Shown: piece by piece, positions 24,145 through 36,890 of the stretch
Layout of the letters: each line of letters opens with the position of its first letter
Position numbering within the stretch: position 1 is the stretch's first letter
Origin: Octopus bimaculoides
Taxonomy: Eukaryota
Length of the DNA stretch: 64,000 bases
Assembly: GCF_001194135.2 (NCBI RefSeq)
Contig: NC_068998.1
Location: 38,888,476-38,952,475, forward strand
Direction of reading: 5' to 3'
The notes under the pieces: generated by a model
What the model was told of the DNA's origin: nothing
The model's input: only the letters and a program-made list of their open reading frames with translations
Databases searched by the model: none
Program-made: the position numbers and the translations under genes

Positions 24145-24192
24145 CTTTCAAAGAATACAAAACTGGAAATAGATCTAATCTGACTTTGGGGG
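24145..24192 (-). CDS. Candidate 48-bp coding exon (phase 1 to 1): (S)PKVRLDLFPVLYSLK(G)
   Basis: ttctaat branch-like site...ctgttttcag|CCCCCAAAG...TTGAAAG|gtacat; in phase with the 30388-30457 exon. Confidence 0.3.
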
Positions 24193-24449
24193 CTGAAAAC
24201 AGAATCAATCATTAGAATAATAGGTATTTTGAGAATAATTAAAAAAAACATACAAACATATAACCAAGACCACAGAAATTACAAAACTGAACAACATACA
24301 GAAAACAACACTTGCCACTTGCCATTTTAACGTAGAGCACTTTTAATATAAGAACAAAACCCAAGGCAAAACATTGCAGATACACAAGGCACACAGAGTT
24401 GTGCTTGATAGATCAGGAAAAACACACAACAAAAGACTACTGGATGACG

Positions 24450-24760
24450 ATGATGGTGGTAGTGGTGATGGTGCTGGTACTTCTGTAGTTGGTTGTTATG
24501 ATGTCAGTGGTGGTGGTGGTGCTGTGGTTGGTTGCGATGATGATGATGGTGGTGGTGGTGGTTGTGGTGATAGTGGTGGTGGTACTGTTGCTGCTGCTGC
24601 TGCTGTGGTAGGTTGTGATAATGACAGTGATGGTAATGGTGGTGGTGGTTGTGGTGATAGTAGTGGTGGTACTGTTGCTGCTGCTGTTGCGGTAGGTTGT
24701 GATAACGACAGTGGTGGTAATGGTGGTGGTGGTGGTGGTGGTGGTGTTGGATAAGGATGA
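24450..24760. repeat. Triplet-built GGT/GCT/GAT minisatellite (about 63-66 bp units)
   Basis: Repeated ggttgtggtgatagt(g/a)gtggtggtactgttgctgctgct...ggtaggttgtgataa(t/c)gacagt. Confidence 0.8.
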
Positions 24761-25261
24761 AGATGATGATAATGACTTCTTTTATGATCATAATGATTGT
24801 TTTATAGTTTCTTTTATAGGAACATCTGCCAGGTATATTATTATATAGATACACAATACATATATATAGAAAGATATATATATATATATATTATATTAGA
24901 TCCAATACAATAGAAATGAAGACAGATGTGAAAGCTATAAAATGTTACGTATAATAAGTATATTAACCGTAACTTTAACAAGTTTTAATGTCTGTTGTTA
25001 TAATTGAAATGGTATCAGAGTTAGAAAAACAAGAAAATTGATGGCAGCATTTAGAATCTTCCATCTGACATTGACAGCCTGTTTACCAAGGCAGAAAATG
25101 AGTCAATAGAGAGGTTAAATTCAGCAAGAAACAGCAGCCAAATATTTCTCAAAATTACACCTCAGCATCTTAGAAACAGAAGGACAAAGTACATGTTGCA
25201 AAATGTTGTCCTAGATATACAAAAATATTGGTTGGGGTTATGTTTATAGTATGCTCTGATA

Positions 25262-25350
25262 GTCACCATTTATAAAAAGGAAGGGGATCAAATGGAATGT
25301 GGGAACCACCTGGGCATTTATCTGTTGGCCATTGTCACAAGGTACCAACA
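25262..25350 (+). mobile_element. Tiny RTE reverse-transcriptase fragment
   Basis: IYKKEGDQMECGNHLGIYLLAIVTR resembles the LINE RT motif IYKxKGDxxxCGNxRGISLL. Confidence 0.55.
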
Positions 25351-25749
25351 AAAATCATTCTCAACCAGATACATAACTTGCCTCCCAACCACATTGTTCT
25401 GGTTTCAGTACCACTGCATTACACCTTGGGAAAGTGTCTTCTACAATAGCCTCAGGTCAATCGAAGCCTTGAATGTGGATTTGGTAGATGGAAACTGAAA
25501 GAAGCCCATTGTATATATATTTACATCTATGTCTGTGTGTCTCTGTGCCTGTGTTTATCCCCCACCAGTGCTTGACAACTGGTGTTGGTGTGTTTACATC
25601 CCCATAACTTAACAGTTCAGTAAAAGAGACTGATAGAATAAGTGCAAGTCCTGGGATCAATTTGTTTAACCAAAACCCTTCAAGACAGTGCCCCAGCATG
25701 GCCGCAGTCAGATGACTGGAACAAGTAAAAGATAAAAGATATATATATA

Positions 25750-26062
25750 GATGAAGGTGCATAGCTTAGTGGTTAGGGTATTTAGCTCACAATCGTAAAG
25801 TCATGAGTTCAATTCCCGGCAACGTGTTGTGTCCTTAAGCAACACGTTGCTCCAGTCCACTGAGCTGGCAAAAATGAGTAGCACCTGTAATTCAAAAAGA
25901 CAGCCTTGTCACATTCTGTGTCATACTGAATCTCCCTGAGAACTACATTAAGGGTACATGTGTCTGTGGAGTGCTCAGCCACTTGCATGTTAATTTCATG
26001 AGCAGGTTGTTCCATTGATCAGATCAACTGGGACCCTCAATGTCGTAACCAATGAAGTGCCA
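25750..26062 (+). mobile_element. tRNA-derived SINE (family E)
   Basis: Head tagcttagtggttaggg...gagttcaattccc, then gtgtccttaagc...ctccagtccactgagctggcaaaaatgagta; other copies about 5510-5760, 12690-12920, 45460-45745 (-), 56100-56350 (-). Confidence 0.75.
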
Positions 26063-26673
26063 TATATGTATATACAGACATACCTCACCATAAGTTATTA
26101 ATTGGTTCCAGGAGACACGATTTAAGTCGAAAATTTACTTAGGTCAAATTGCTTGTCTATAGGCCTAGCCTAGCCTAAACTGCTAATAGCCATTCCCCAG
26201 TGCTGTACTTTATTTATGAATACATTTTCAATAAGACATGGTTAATAAAAACAAATGTATTTATTATTTTGTAACAGAGTAAAAAAAAAACCCCAAAAAA
26301 CTAAAGTATTTTAAATATTCCAATACGTACAATTTGGTGGTGTTTACATTGCTAATAGCCATTCCCCAGTAGTGCACTTTATTTATGAGTGCATTTTCAA
26401 TAAGACAGTTAATAAAAACCTATTTTAAGCTTACAAACTAATTATCATTTTGTAATGAAGTAAAAAAAAAAATTAAGTATTTTAAATTTACCAATACGTA
26501 AAATTTGGTGTTGTTTACATTGTAGAAGTGGATGGCCAAGGATTGTTGATGTCAACATCATCAGCGTTTAAAAAACTGGTCAAGAGTGCCTTGAACTGTT
26601 TACATTTTGTCAAGAATTCCGTTACAAGGAGCAAAAGCTTTGTGACAAGCCGTCATAATATTGGAAAAGCGTT

Positions 26674-26887
26674 AAGGTGGCGAGCTGGCAGAAATGTTAG
26701 CATGCCAGGTGAGATGCTTAGCGGTATTTCATCTGTCTTTACGTTCTTAGTTCAAATTCCACTGAGGTCAACTTTGCCTTTCATCCTTTCGGGGTCAATA
26801 AATTAAGTACCAGTTGCATACTGGAGTCGATCTAATCGACTGGCCTCCTCCTCTAAAATTTCGGGCCTTGTGCCTAGAGTAGAAAAG
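26674..26887 (+). mobile_element. Family A SINE inserted in the Tigger ORF, 17-bp TSD
   Basis: AATATTGGAAAAGCGTT at 26657-26673 and 26888-26904. Confidence 0.9.
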
Positions 26888-26991
26888 AATATTGGAAAAG
26901 CGTTGAGCTTTGGATCCATATCTTTGAACATAGCAAGACCTTTTTCGATGTGTGCAAATGCTTGCTGCATTTTCTCTATGGTGAAGTGGCA

Positions 26992-27211
26992 GGATTTAGT
27001 GTTTCATTCGCAAAATATGCATTTTTTAAAAAGAAGTAAAAAATCTGAAAATCAGCTATAATAATGTAGCCTTCCAGTCTCATTGTTTTGAAGGTATGAT
27101 GTTGTGGAGAAAAATGTTACTGAGGTTAATCGAACAAACTGGGTATTTTTAGCCAATAGCGAGACAGAAATTAAGGCGGGGCTCATTTTACAAATGAGAA
27201 AGACTAGATCC
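26992..27211. mobile_element. 220-bp MITE with GG-initiated TIRs and 8-bp TSD (Merlin- or MULE-like)
   Basis: TSD AAGTGGCA at 26984-26991 and 27212-27219; TIRs GGATTTAGTGTTT--CATTCGCAAAAT / reverse complement GGATCTAGTCTTTCTCATTTGTAAAAT; removing it restores EPEPCH-FTIEKM in the transposase. Confidence 0.8.
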
Positions 27212-28402
27212 AAGTGGCATGGCTCAGGTTCGACTTGCTCTTCTTTATTTTGTTGCTTTTTTTCTTTGATGATCTTCAATGTCACAGGAAATTCTGCTGC
27301 TGACTGTTTGTCAGCAGATGCGCTTCCACCTTGCTTCTTAAAGAAGTGATAACTTCTCCGGTTTTTAAATCTTATAAACCATCCTTAACTTGCCTTGAAC
27401 ACTACATCTTTCTCATCTGGGTATTTTTTCTTCAGGTCTCCAGACAAAGACAATGCTCTCTCCTGAACAATTTCTTGACTAAGAGTAGCATTCTGACACT
27501 TCTGCCTATCAATCCAAACAGATAGAAGATTTTCCATTTCTTCAAAGATTTCGCCTCTTTTCTTGTTGATGACAATGTTCTTCATCCCTGGGGCTTCCGA
27601 TGTGATATGTGTTCAAATCTTGTCCTTATTATGTACAATCATCTATACGGTTGTCCGACCCACCTCAAAAGATCATGCAATTACTACAACTTTTTCACCT
27701 TTATCATGACGTTTTATCATCGCCAAGTTATCCTCCAGCATTATAATATGGTGCTTAACACTTTCACCAGGACTTTTCTTAGGAGGCATGGGGACAAAAA
27801 TTAAAGTTACAAATGAATGTAAATGAGAGAATCTAAACGATAAACAGATGTAAACAAATCTGAATTCAAAACAATCGCAGGAATCACGACGATGCCTAAC
27901 AGTAGATATTGGAACTACCAGTGCAATATAAGCTCCGAAAGACAGATAAATAAACCAACACAGCTGATTTCATGCTTCAGTGAACTAGACTACATTACTT
28001 TATGGTGTGTATTTTAGCATTTACTGTATTTTAATATGATTTTATATGTTTTTATTATTATTTCTTACAACATGATTTTATGTGCTTTTAATGTTTCTTA
28101 GTGTTTTTATGATTCCAATATTATTGGTGGACCGACATAAAGTTGAATAAAGCGACTTAACTTTCTATTTTTCCTTATATTATTTTTGAAAACTGACGTA
28201 TCATTGAGAACAACTTAAGTCAAAACAATCTGAGATATCCCTGTACATATATATGCATGTGTGTGTATAGGCACAGGCATGGCTGTATGCTTAAGAAGCT
28301 TGCTTTCGAACCATGTGATCTCAAGTTCAATCTCACTGTGTGGGGCAGCCTTGGATCAACTAAAGCCTTGTGAGTGGACTTCGTTGATAGAAACTGAAAG
28401 AA

Positions 28403-28632
28403 GGCGGCGAGCTGGCAGAAACGTTAGCATGTTGGGCGAAATGCTTAACGGTATTTCGTCTGCCGTTACGTTCTGAGTTCAAATTCCGCCGAGGTCGACT
28501 TTGCCTTTCATCCTTTCGGGTCGATAAATTAAGTACCAGTTACGCACTGGGGTCGATGTAATCGACTTAACCCCTTTGTCTGTCCTTGTTTGTCCCCTCT
28601 ATGTTTAGCCCCTTGTGGGCAATAAAGAAATA
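28403..28632 (+). mobile_element. Young family A SINE nested in a family B SINE, 14-bp TSD
   Basis: AGAAACTGAAAGAA at 28389-28402 and 28633-28646; CpGs retained. Confidence 0.9.
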
Positions 28633-30320
28633 AGAAACTGAAAGAAACCCATAGTATGTATATCTGTGCATATGTGCTTGTGTGTGTGTGTGTGTGTGTG
28701 TGTTCATTCATGTGTAACCTTGTTTTGACATCATGTGATGGTTGTAAACAAAGTTCCCCATCATACAAGTGATGGTGTTCATTTCCAGTCTTCTGTGAAA
28801 AAACATTGTCTGGCCATGGGGAAATATCACCTTGCTTAGAAACAGGTGACAGGAAAGATTGGAAATAGGTGCATCAGGCAATAGCAAACCTGCCTCAATA
28901 AATTCTGTCTGACTCATGCAAGCATGGAAAAGTAGATGTTAAATGATAATGACAAAATGATTATATATACATGTATGTGATTGTGTGTATAAGGTTTCTA
29001 CATTTTTAGTTTTTCTACAGATGCTTCTCATATGCATATGTATAAATAAATTTATACATGCATATATCTTTTATATGTATGTATGCACACACACACACAC
29101 ACACACATATGAGCAAAACATTTGAATGTTTACATTCGAAGTAAGATGTTATTAATGTTAATATTATCTGTGGTGAATATCGTTAATTGATAATATTAAC
29201 AGCAGAAACATAGGTGGTTCACAGATTTAATAGCATTATATAGCTATAAAATTTTAAGATTAGCACAGAGTATAAAGATGCAGGAAAAGCATCGACCTGT
29301 TTAGAAACAAGAACTAAAGTCCTTAGGGCAGTTGAATTAAGACTTTAGCTCAAATTACTAAAAAGGTTGATGCTTTTCCCACATCCTTATGCTCCGTGCT
29401 AATTTTGATATATATATATATATACACATGTATATATCTNNNNNNNNNNNNNNNNNNNNNNNNNNNNNNNNNNNNNNNNNNNNNNNNNNNNNNNNNNNNN
29501 NNNNNNNNNNNNNNNNNNNNNNNNNNNNNNNNNNNNNNNNNNNNNNNNNNNNNNNNNNNNNNNNNNNNNNNNNNNNNNNNNNNNNNNNNNNNNNNNNNNN
29601 NNNNNNNNNNNNNNNNNNNNNNNNNNNNNNNNNNNNNNNNNNNNNNNNNNNNNNNNNNNNNNNNNNNNNNNNNNNNNNNNNNNNNNNNNNNNNNNNNNNN
29701 NNNNNNNNNNNNNNNNNNNNNNNNNNNNNNNNNNNNNNNNNNNNNNNNNNNNNNNNNNNNNNNNNNNNNNNNNNNNNNNNNNNNNNNNNNNNNNNNNNNN
29801 NNNNNNNNNNNNNNNNNNNNNNNNNNNNNNNNNNNNNNNNNNNNNNNNNNNNNNNNNNNNNNNNNNNNNNNNNNNNNNNNNNNNNNNNNNNNNNNNNNNN
29901 NNNNNNNNNNNNNNNNNNNNNNNNNNNNNNNNNNNNNNNNNNNNNNNNNNNNNNNNNNNNNNNNNNNNNNNNNNNNNNNNNNNNNNNNNNNNNNNNNNNN
30001 NNNNNNNNNNNNNNNNNNNNNNNNNNNNNNNNNNNNNNNNNNNNNNNNNNNNNNNNNNNNNNNNNNNNNNNNNNNNNNNNNNNNNNNNNNNNNNNNNNNN
30101 NNNNNNNNNNNNNNNNNNNNNNNNNNNNNNNNNNNNNNNNNNNNNNNNNNNNNNNNNNNNNNNNNNNNNNNNNNNNNNNNNNNNNNNNNNNNNNNNNNNN
30201 NNNNNNNNNNNNNNNNNNNNNNNNNNNNNNNNNNNNNNNNNNNNNNNNNNNNNNNNNNNNNNNNNNNNNNNNNNNNNNNNNNNNNNNNNNNNNNNNNNNN
30301 NNNNNNNNNNNNNNNNNNNN

Positions 30321-30363
<43 letters not shown>

Positions 30364-30387
30364 TATAGACTCACATAGAAATCTTAC

Positions 30388-30457
30388 ATGTGTGAGAAGC
30401 CTGTGTGTACAACAGCTGAAATGTTGTGACTATAGCAACCAAGATGAGGACAACAGT
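30388..30457 (-). CDS. Candidate 70-bp coding exon (phase 0 to 1): TVVLILVAIVTTFQLLYTQASHT, signal-peptide-like
   Basis: gacattttcag|ACTGTTG...CACACAT|gtaaga; hydrophobic h-region followed by T-Q-A. Confidence 0.35.
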
Positions 30458-30902
30458 CTGAAAATGTCAGTGTATAATAATGGCAATTACTCATTTCAGA
30501 AATTCAGACCAAATTTGAACATGCATTTAGCGTTATTTAGTTCTGCTATAAAATTAATCATTGTGGCTTAATTAAGGAGCTTTCAGCAGCTTGGAATAAG
30601 AATCAAAACAACTAGTTTCATCTGTCTTGATGTAGAAGTGAAGTGAAATGGTGGACCAGCTATCATACAGCAAAATCATAGATCATGATTTCAAATCAAA
30701 TGTGGATATTTTCATGCAGATTTATTCCATAGGATAGTTTATTATATACAACATCAGGTTTACTACTGAGTCTATATATAAAAATTGGATGCAAGAACAT
30801 CTGGAAATGTTAAATATGTGATACCCTGGTATTTTATTCTGCGATGATTTTAGTTCTCATCCCATAAACACCCCCTTAATAATATCATATTGAATAGCAG
30901 TA

Positions 30903-30903
30903 A

Positions 30904-30957
<54 letters not shown>

Positions 30958-31620
30958 GCCCAGATGCAGTATCAGGCAGTGGCTCTCATGGCTTCTGATT
31001 TTAATTGATTGGAAGTGTTATCATGTACATTGTTTCGTCTTGGTATAAAAGTTGGGCTACAGCAAATATTCTGCTTAATACCACAGATTTGCTTGTCAGT
31101 TGTTTGACCTTAACCAGTTGAGCATGTCCTTTAGTGGCTGATGATATGTGCATATCTGGTCACGAGCAGAAGTAGTGGTGGAGCATCATAGCCATGTGTT
31201 GAAAGGAGTTCTTTGGGGTTTGAATAATTCACCTTTGGAAACATGGGTGTTTTGCTCAGCATCCTTAAACAAACTTTATTCAGGGACCTTTTGAGCTGGA
31301 TGTGCTACTTGACCTGAAGAAAATTCTAACTGGGCCCCACCTGTGAGGTCATGCGTTGTTTATTTTGATATGAGATCACCATGTCGCACACATATGGTTG
31401 TGGTGCATGTGCCTGGTGCATATAGTTGCATGTCTAGACATGCTCATGTATACTTAAATGATAAACTTCTGGAAAGTTTTACAGACTTTTACAGTTCCAG
31501 TGATGGATTGGATCTGTAGTCTTCAAATCGGCTTTCTCCTTTCTGGTTTGGAGAAGCCTAATTCTTGAAGATTGGTATTTAGGTAGTGTTACATATCCCA
31601 GTGCCACAAGAATTACAGGT
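30903..31620 (-). mobile_element. Second R4/Dong-like LINE 3' end beside a TAA/TTA microsatellite
   Basis: PVILVALGYVT..LNTNLQELGFSKPERRKPI*RLQIQSITGTVKVCKTFQKFII*, then a long 3' UTR and tail; UTR fragment also at about 58645-58835 (+). Confidence 0.6.
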
Positions 31621-32053
31621 GTAAACTTGTATGTATGTATGTATGTATGTATGCATGTATGTATGCATATATGTATGTATCATATCTTTTATATTTCATT
31701 TGTTTTACTCATTGGACTGCAGCCATGCTAGAACACTGCTTTGATGGATGCTATATGAGAAATTAACCCCAAGACTTATTTTTAAGTCCAATCCTAATTC
31801 TATTGGTCTCTTTTGTCAAACGGGTAAGTTATGGGGACATAAACAAACCAACATTGGTTTTCAAGTGGCGAGACAGACAAACACAAACACACACACACAT
31901 ATATAAAAAGCTTCCACACTGTTTTCATCTCCAAAATTCACTCACAAGGAATCGGTCAGCCTGGAGTTTTAATAGAAGACTCATGCTCAAGATGCCATAC
32001 AATGGGAGGGAACCACACAGCTAGGCCTACACCTGTATGTATGTATGTATGTA

Positions 32054-32091
<38 letters not shown>

Positions 32092-32379
32092 CATACACAC
32101 ATACAGATATATGTATATTTAAATATATATATGCATATATATGTGCATGAGCTTATCTATCTATCTATCTATACATGCACACACACACATATATATACAT
32201 ATATATATGATCACCAGTCCTCAGTCAAACCGTCCAACCCATGCCAGCATGGAAAGCAGATGTTAAATGACGATGATGATGATGATCATCATCATCATCA
32301 TCATGTAACATCCGTTTTCTAAGCTGGCATGAGTTATATGTATGTGCGTGCATGTATATGAATTTATGTACATATGTAA

Positions 32380-32458
<79 letters not shown>

Positions 32459-32495
32459 CACACACACACACACATACACTATATATATGTAAAGG

Positions 32496-32541
<46 letters not shown>

Positions 32542-33003
32542 CATTTATGCATGTATGTATGTATGTGTATGTGTGTATGTATATGCATATATATTTATAT
32601 ATATCTGATATTTATGGTAGTGCTTCCAAGAAGACTGCAACGTGTGTGTGTGTGTGTTCATGTGCTTGTTTGTGGGGTGTATGTGTGTGTGTGTGCACGC
32701 AGATGTAGACAATAAACAGATGTGCTTGTACACCAACCTCAGCTGTGGCTTGCTTCCACTGATAGAGATCTCACAGATTTGTCTAAATCTTCCTATTGTG
32801 GGGAATTAGGGATAATTTGTTGCTATAGTTACAACGTAACATTGACTATGAATGTAATAAAGAACTTTACCTATACAGAGGTGAGATATTGTCTCTTAAA
32901 CATGGTTAATAAAACTATAATATATATGTCTGGAAACTGGCTTTAACTTCAACACCAGCAACAATTTTACTTCTGCTAGTGATGCTATTTATATGTGTGT
33001 GTG

Positions 33004-33040
<37 letters not shown>

Positions 33041-33499
33041 TCTGACATAATTTATAGGCATGGTTATAGTCGCAAGCATGGTTATGTGGTAATAGTAAGA
33101 GGTTCACATCTCACCCACAGGGTTGCAGATTCAGCACCATTGCAGGGATCCTTTGGCAGGTTTCCTCAATTATAGCCCTGAGCCAACAAATGTTTTTGTA
33201 AGTGAACTTGGTAAATAAAAACTAAAAAACACCAATATGTGTGTGTGTGTGTGTGTCTATATATATATATATAAATATATATGTATATGTGTGTGTGTGT
33301 ATTATGTATGTATGTATGTATGTATGTATGTATGTATTCTTTTCTACTCTCGGCACAAGGTCTGAAATTTTTGGAGAGGGTGCCAGATAATTAGATAGAC
33401 CCAATCCCCAGTATGCAACTGGTACTTAATTTATTGATCCCAAAAGGATGAAAGGCAAAGTTGGCCTTGGTGGAATTTGAACTTGGAACGTATACATAC

Positions 33500-33543
<44 letters not shown>

Positions 33544-33767
33544 GTGTTTATTCTTTTGTCATCTCTTCTTGTTACCGCTCAATACTCAACTAATACTTCA
33601 TTCAAAAGCATACATATATATTGAGTTCTACACTAGGTTAGTAGTACCATAAAGCCTAAGTGAAATATATATATATATATATATATATATGTCTTCTACT
33701 ATAGCCTTGGACCAACCAAAGCCTTTTAGATAGATTTGGTAGACGGAAACTGAAAGAAGCCCATCAT

Positions 33768-33799
<32 letters not shown>

Positions 33800-34325
33800 C
33801 ATCTTTATGGTCTTTTNNNNNNNNNNNNNNNNNNNNNNNNNNNNNNNNNNNNNNNNNNNNNNNNNNNNNNNNNNNNNNNNNNNNNNNNNNNNNNNNNNNN
33901 NNNNNNNNNNNNNNNNNNNNNNNNNNNNNNNNNNNNNNNNNNNNNNNNNNNNNNNNNNNNNNNNNNNNNNNNNNNNNNNNNNNNNNNNNNNNNNNNNNNN
34001 NNNNNNNNNNNNNNNNNNNNNNNNNNNNNNNNNNNNNNNNNNNNNNNNNNNNNNNNNNNNNNNNNNNNNNNNNNNNNNNNNNNNNNNNNNNNNNNNNNNN
34101 NNNNNNNNNNNNNNNNNNNNNNNNNNNNNNNNNNNNNNNNNNNNNNNNNNNNNNNNNNNNNNNNNNNNNNNNNNNNNNNNNNNNNNNNNNNNNNNNNNNN
34201 NNNNNNNNNNNNNNNNNNNNNNNNNNNNNNNNNNNNNNNNNNNNNNNNNNNNNNNNNNNNNNNNNNNNNNNNNNNNNNNNNNNNNNNNNNNNNNNATTTT
34301 TCTGCCATTTATGTCTTTATATATG

Positions 34326-34375
<50 letters not shown>

Positions 34376-34786
34376 AGGGATGCCGAATAGTTCCTGACTT
34401 TAAGGGTATCATGAAAGGCCTTGTTGGAGGCCTAACCTTCTGAGTTCTTTTACAAGGGGGCTTAGAAAAGCTGAAGGACTGCTGCAATAAGTGTGTGAAT
34501 CCGAGAGGGGAATGTCTTGAATAAAATTATAATTAACTGATCCACTCACAATACCTCACTGGACAAAATGCTTAGCAGCATTTCATCCCGAGTTTAAATT
34601 CAGACAAGGTCCACTTTGCCTTTCATCCTTTGTGAGTCAATAAAATAAGTACCAACTGGACACTAGGATTGATGTAATAAACTTACCCCTCCTCCAACAT
34701 TGCTGGTCTTGTGCCAAAATCTGAAACCAATGTGTGCGTGTTTGTGTGTGTGTGTGTGATTCCTTGTCTTGTACATGAAAGTCACT

Positions 34787-34931
34787 TATTTACATTATCT
34801 ACATTTGACGGTTATTTGTACTCATATTGTGAGCACATTTCAGCTGATATACCCTCCAGCCTTCATCAAGTGTCTTGGGAAAATTTCGAACCTGGGTTCT
34901 CATTCCTAAGGTATTTTTTGATGTTGCCGTC

Positions 34932-34980
<49 letters not shown>

Positions 34981-35133
34981 TCACTGCTTGGAATTGAACT
35001 CGGAATCTTGGGGTTAGTAGCCCACGCTCTTGACCACTATGTCATATGCCCATGACAAATATCCGTCAAATGTAAATAATGTAAATAATTGAAATAATGT
35101 GCATAATTCCTCATCTCTTAAATATAGAACTGT
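34787..35133. mobile_element. Second insertion of the palindromic tRNA/hammerhead SINE, one arm internally deleted
   Basis: 12-bp TSD ATGAAAGTCACT at 34775-34786 and 35134-35145; complete left arm to ...atatgcccatg, then a jump to acaaatatccgtcaaatg...aatatagaactgt. Confidence 0.8.
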
Positions 35134-35449
35134 ATGAAAGTCACTGTCATCCAATCTTCCTGGATTAAAACTTAATCAGTCATTAAAACTTGATCAGTCA
35201 TGGGGAAATATTACCTAGTTTTTCAGAAGGATGTTTGAGGCATTTTCATTGCCCCACCAAAATTTTAAGGGCCGCAATTTGCACCACCTATTTCCAAGAC
35301 TATGCAAACAAATTACATTAAGGATGAGTGTGTGTCTGGGGAATATTCATGCATTTTACATGCTAATTTAACAAGTAGGTTGTCCAGATGTTTGATTTCT
35401 TTATTGCCAAAGATTATAAAATAACTAATGAGGTTTTCACTTCTTCGAA

Positions 35450-36890
35450 AGTGCTTCATGTGGCTTCAAGTGTACAAAGTTTTCTTTATGTTTAAAATCA
35501 ATGTTTCAACCGAGTACTGATTCAACTGAGTTGAGTCAAGTTAAGGCCACCAGACAACATTTTGGCTTGTTTGTTCTGGGATAATTTCTGTCTCGATTTG
35601 AACTCACTGAATGAATGTTCAGCTGAGGCTGCCATACCAAGCATTGAGAGAAAAATCCAAAGTGATGCACGAAGATTTGGAACATACAAGTACAAGTTGG
35701 ATGTTTTCCAACTTGTAATTGTATATTATGTTGAGTAAATTGATGGGTTTAATTTGAATTTAGCCAAAGTTGTCACAGCATTAGAATTTTTCATGTCAAT
35801 TAATTCATTTGAGAGTCCTTTAGTTTTTACATCAGAATTATAATTTCTACAGTGACACAGACTCTGTGGTCAAAAGATTTTTCAGTATTGACAGCTATTG
35901 CCAGAGGAATGCAAAAGTATCAGAGATTTCCTTTGCAGTTCAAATATTCTTGCTAACCACTAATAATAGAATCAACAAGGATATAAAAAAAAGTTGTTTG
36001 AAATAATGATTCTGCAGATGTTTCAAAACTCTTTGTCTGGCTTTTATCACTTGATTGGTTATCATAAAAGTTCTTTTGCTTCCCATCATTTGCTTGTATT
36101 TTAATTTCAATTTCCAGACAGTTAGCAACATGTTTTGATTGCCAGAGGAATGTCCAATTGATCTTGCATTCCCAGTAGATTTTCCATAAGTATTTCAATG
36201 TCGCCCACTTCAAAATCAACAGTGGCATCTCTTTCCTGTAATACTATTTTGTGGATGTTAATGGGAACAAAAATGTCGAACCAGATGGATGATATGAAGA
36301 TGCATATGAAAGAGAATATGTATTTAATAGTTCCTTTTATTTCATTTCTGGTCTTTGGCATCAGATTACATTTCAGAATGTCCTACGGGGCCAATTTGAT
36401 ACATTTGGGATTTCATACAAATGACTACACACGTATGATTCTGGCTAATATGAAGAGAGTTTATACATAAAGCAATGATTGTATGTGTGAGAAGAATCTA
36501 CCATCTTTTCGGATTATAGAAATATATATAGATACTCATAACAGATCCAGAAAAGATAACTGTTTTGTTACAGCACTGCTGAATCTATATCACACAAATT
36601 CAATATAAGATATTCACACAGTGAGAAAAGAACAAGAGGATTTTCATTAACTAATATCCATTGTACTCCTGGGTACTTGACAGTCATATTGTCACCACTG
36701 ACATATTCTTTAAGTCTGCAATTTTTACAAAGCGAACAATGATTTTTACTTAATGTTTCCTTTATCAGGTGTGTGATGCCAAAACCTGCTTTCTTACAAT
36801 AATCTTCAAAACAATGAAATTTCTCTGCAACTTTAAATTCACAATTTAGACTTTAAAAGGTAGTATATGATACACATTGGTGTGATGAAG
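35450..36890 (-). pseudogene. hAT (ZMYM1-like) transposase pseudogene
   Basis: EYVSGDNMTVKYPGVQWILVNENPLVLFSLCEYLILNL resembles YDNGANMxGKxxGVQ...PCxxHxLNL; SAESLFQTTFFYILVDSIIS; YVPNLRASLWIFLSMLGMAASAEHSFSEFK resembles the hATC SAERSFS motif. Confidence 0.8.

Larger units (their letters stand above)
26550..27789 (-). pseudogene. Tigger-like transposase pseudogene: CENP-B-type HTH domains and C-terminus kept, DDE domain missing
   Basis: MPPKKSPGES...KKRGEIFEEMENLLSVWIDRQ...IVQERAL...FKAS*GWFIRFKNR; C-terminal FTIEKMQQAFAHIEKGLAMFKDMDP...QGTLDQFFKR; several stops and frameshifts. Confidence 0.85.
26075..28243 (-). mobile_element. Tigger/pogo (Tc1/mariner superfamily) DNA transposon, internally deleted, with nested insertions
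   Basis: TA|CAGACATACCTCA at 26075 and TGAGATATCCCTG|TA ending 28243 (10/13 TIR match); transposase remnants inside. Confidence 0.85.

Noticed and set aside
24374-24754. Gly/Asp/Cys-rich 126-aa ORF with repeated GCD
   Set aside because: Triplet minisatellite; the paralogous 19.3 kb region has a different expansion and no splice support was found.
27175-27230. Resemblance to the mammalian MIR core (cattttaca.atgag)
   Set aside because: Explained as the TIR of the 220-bp MITE, bounded by an 8-bp TSD.
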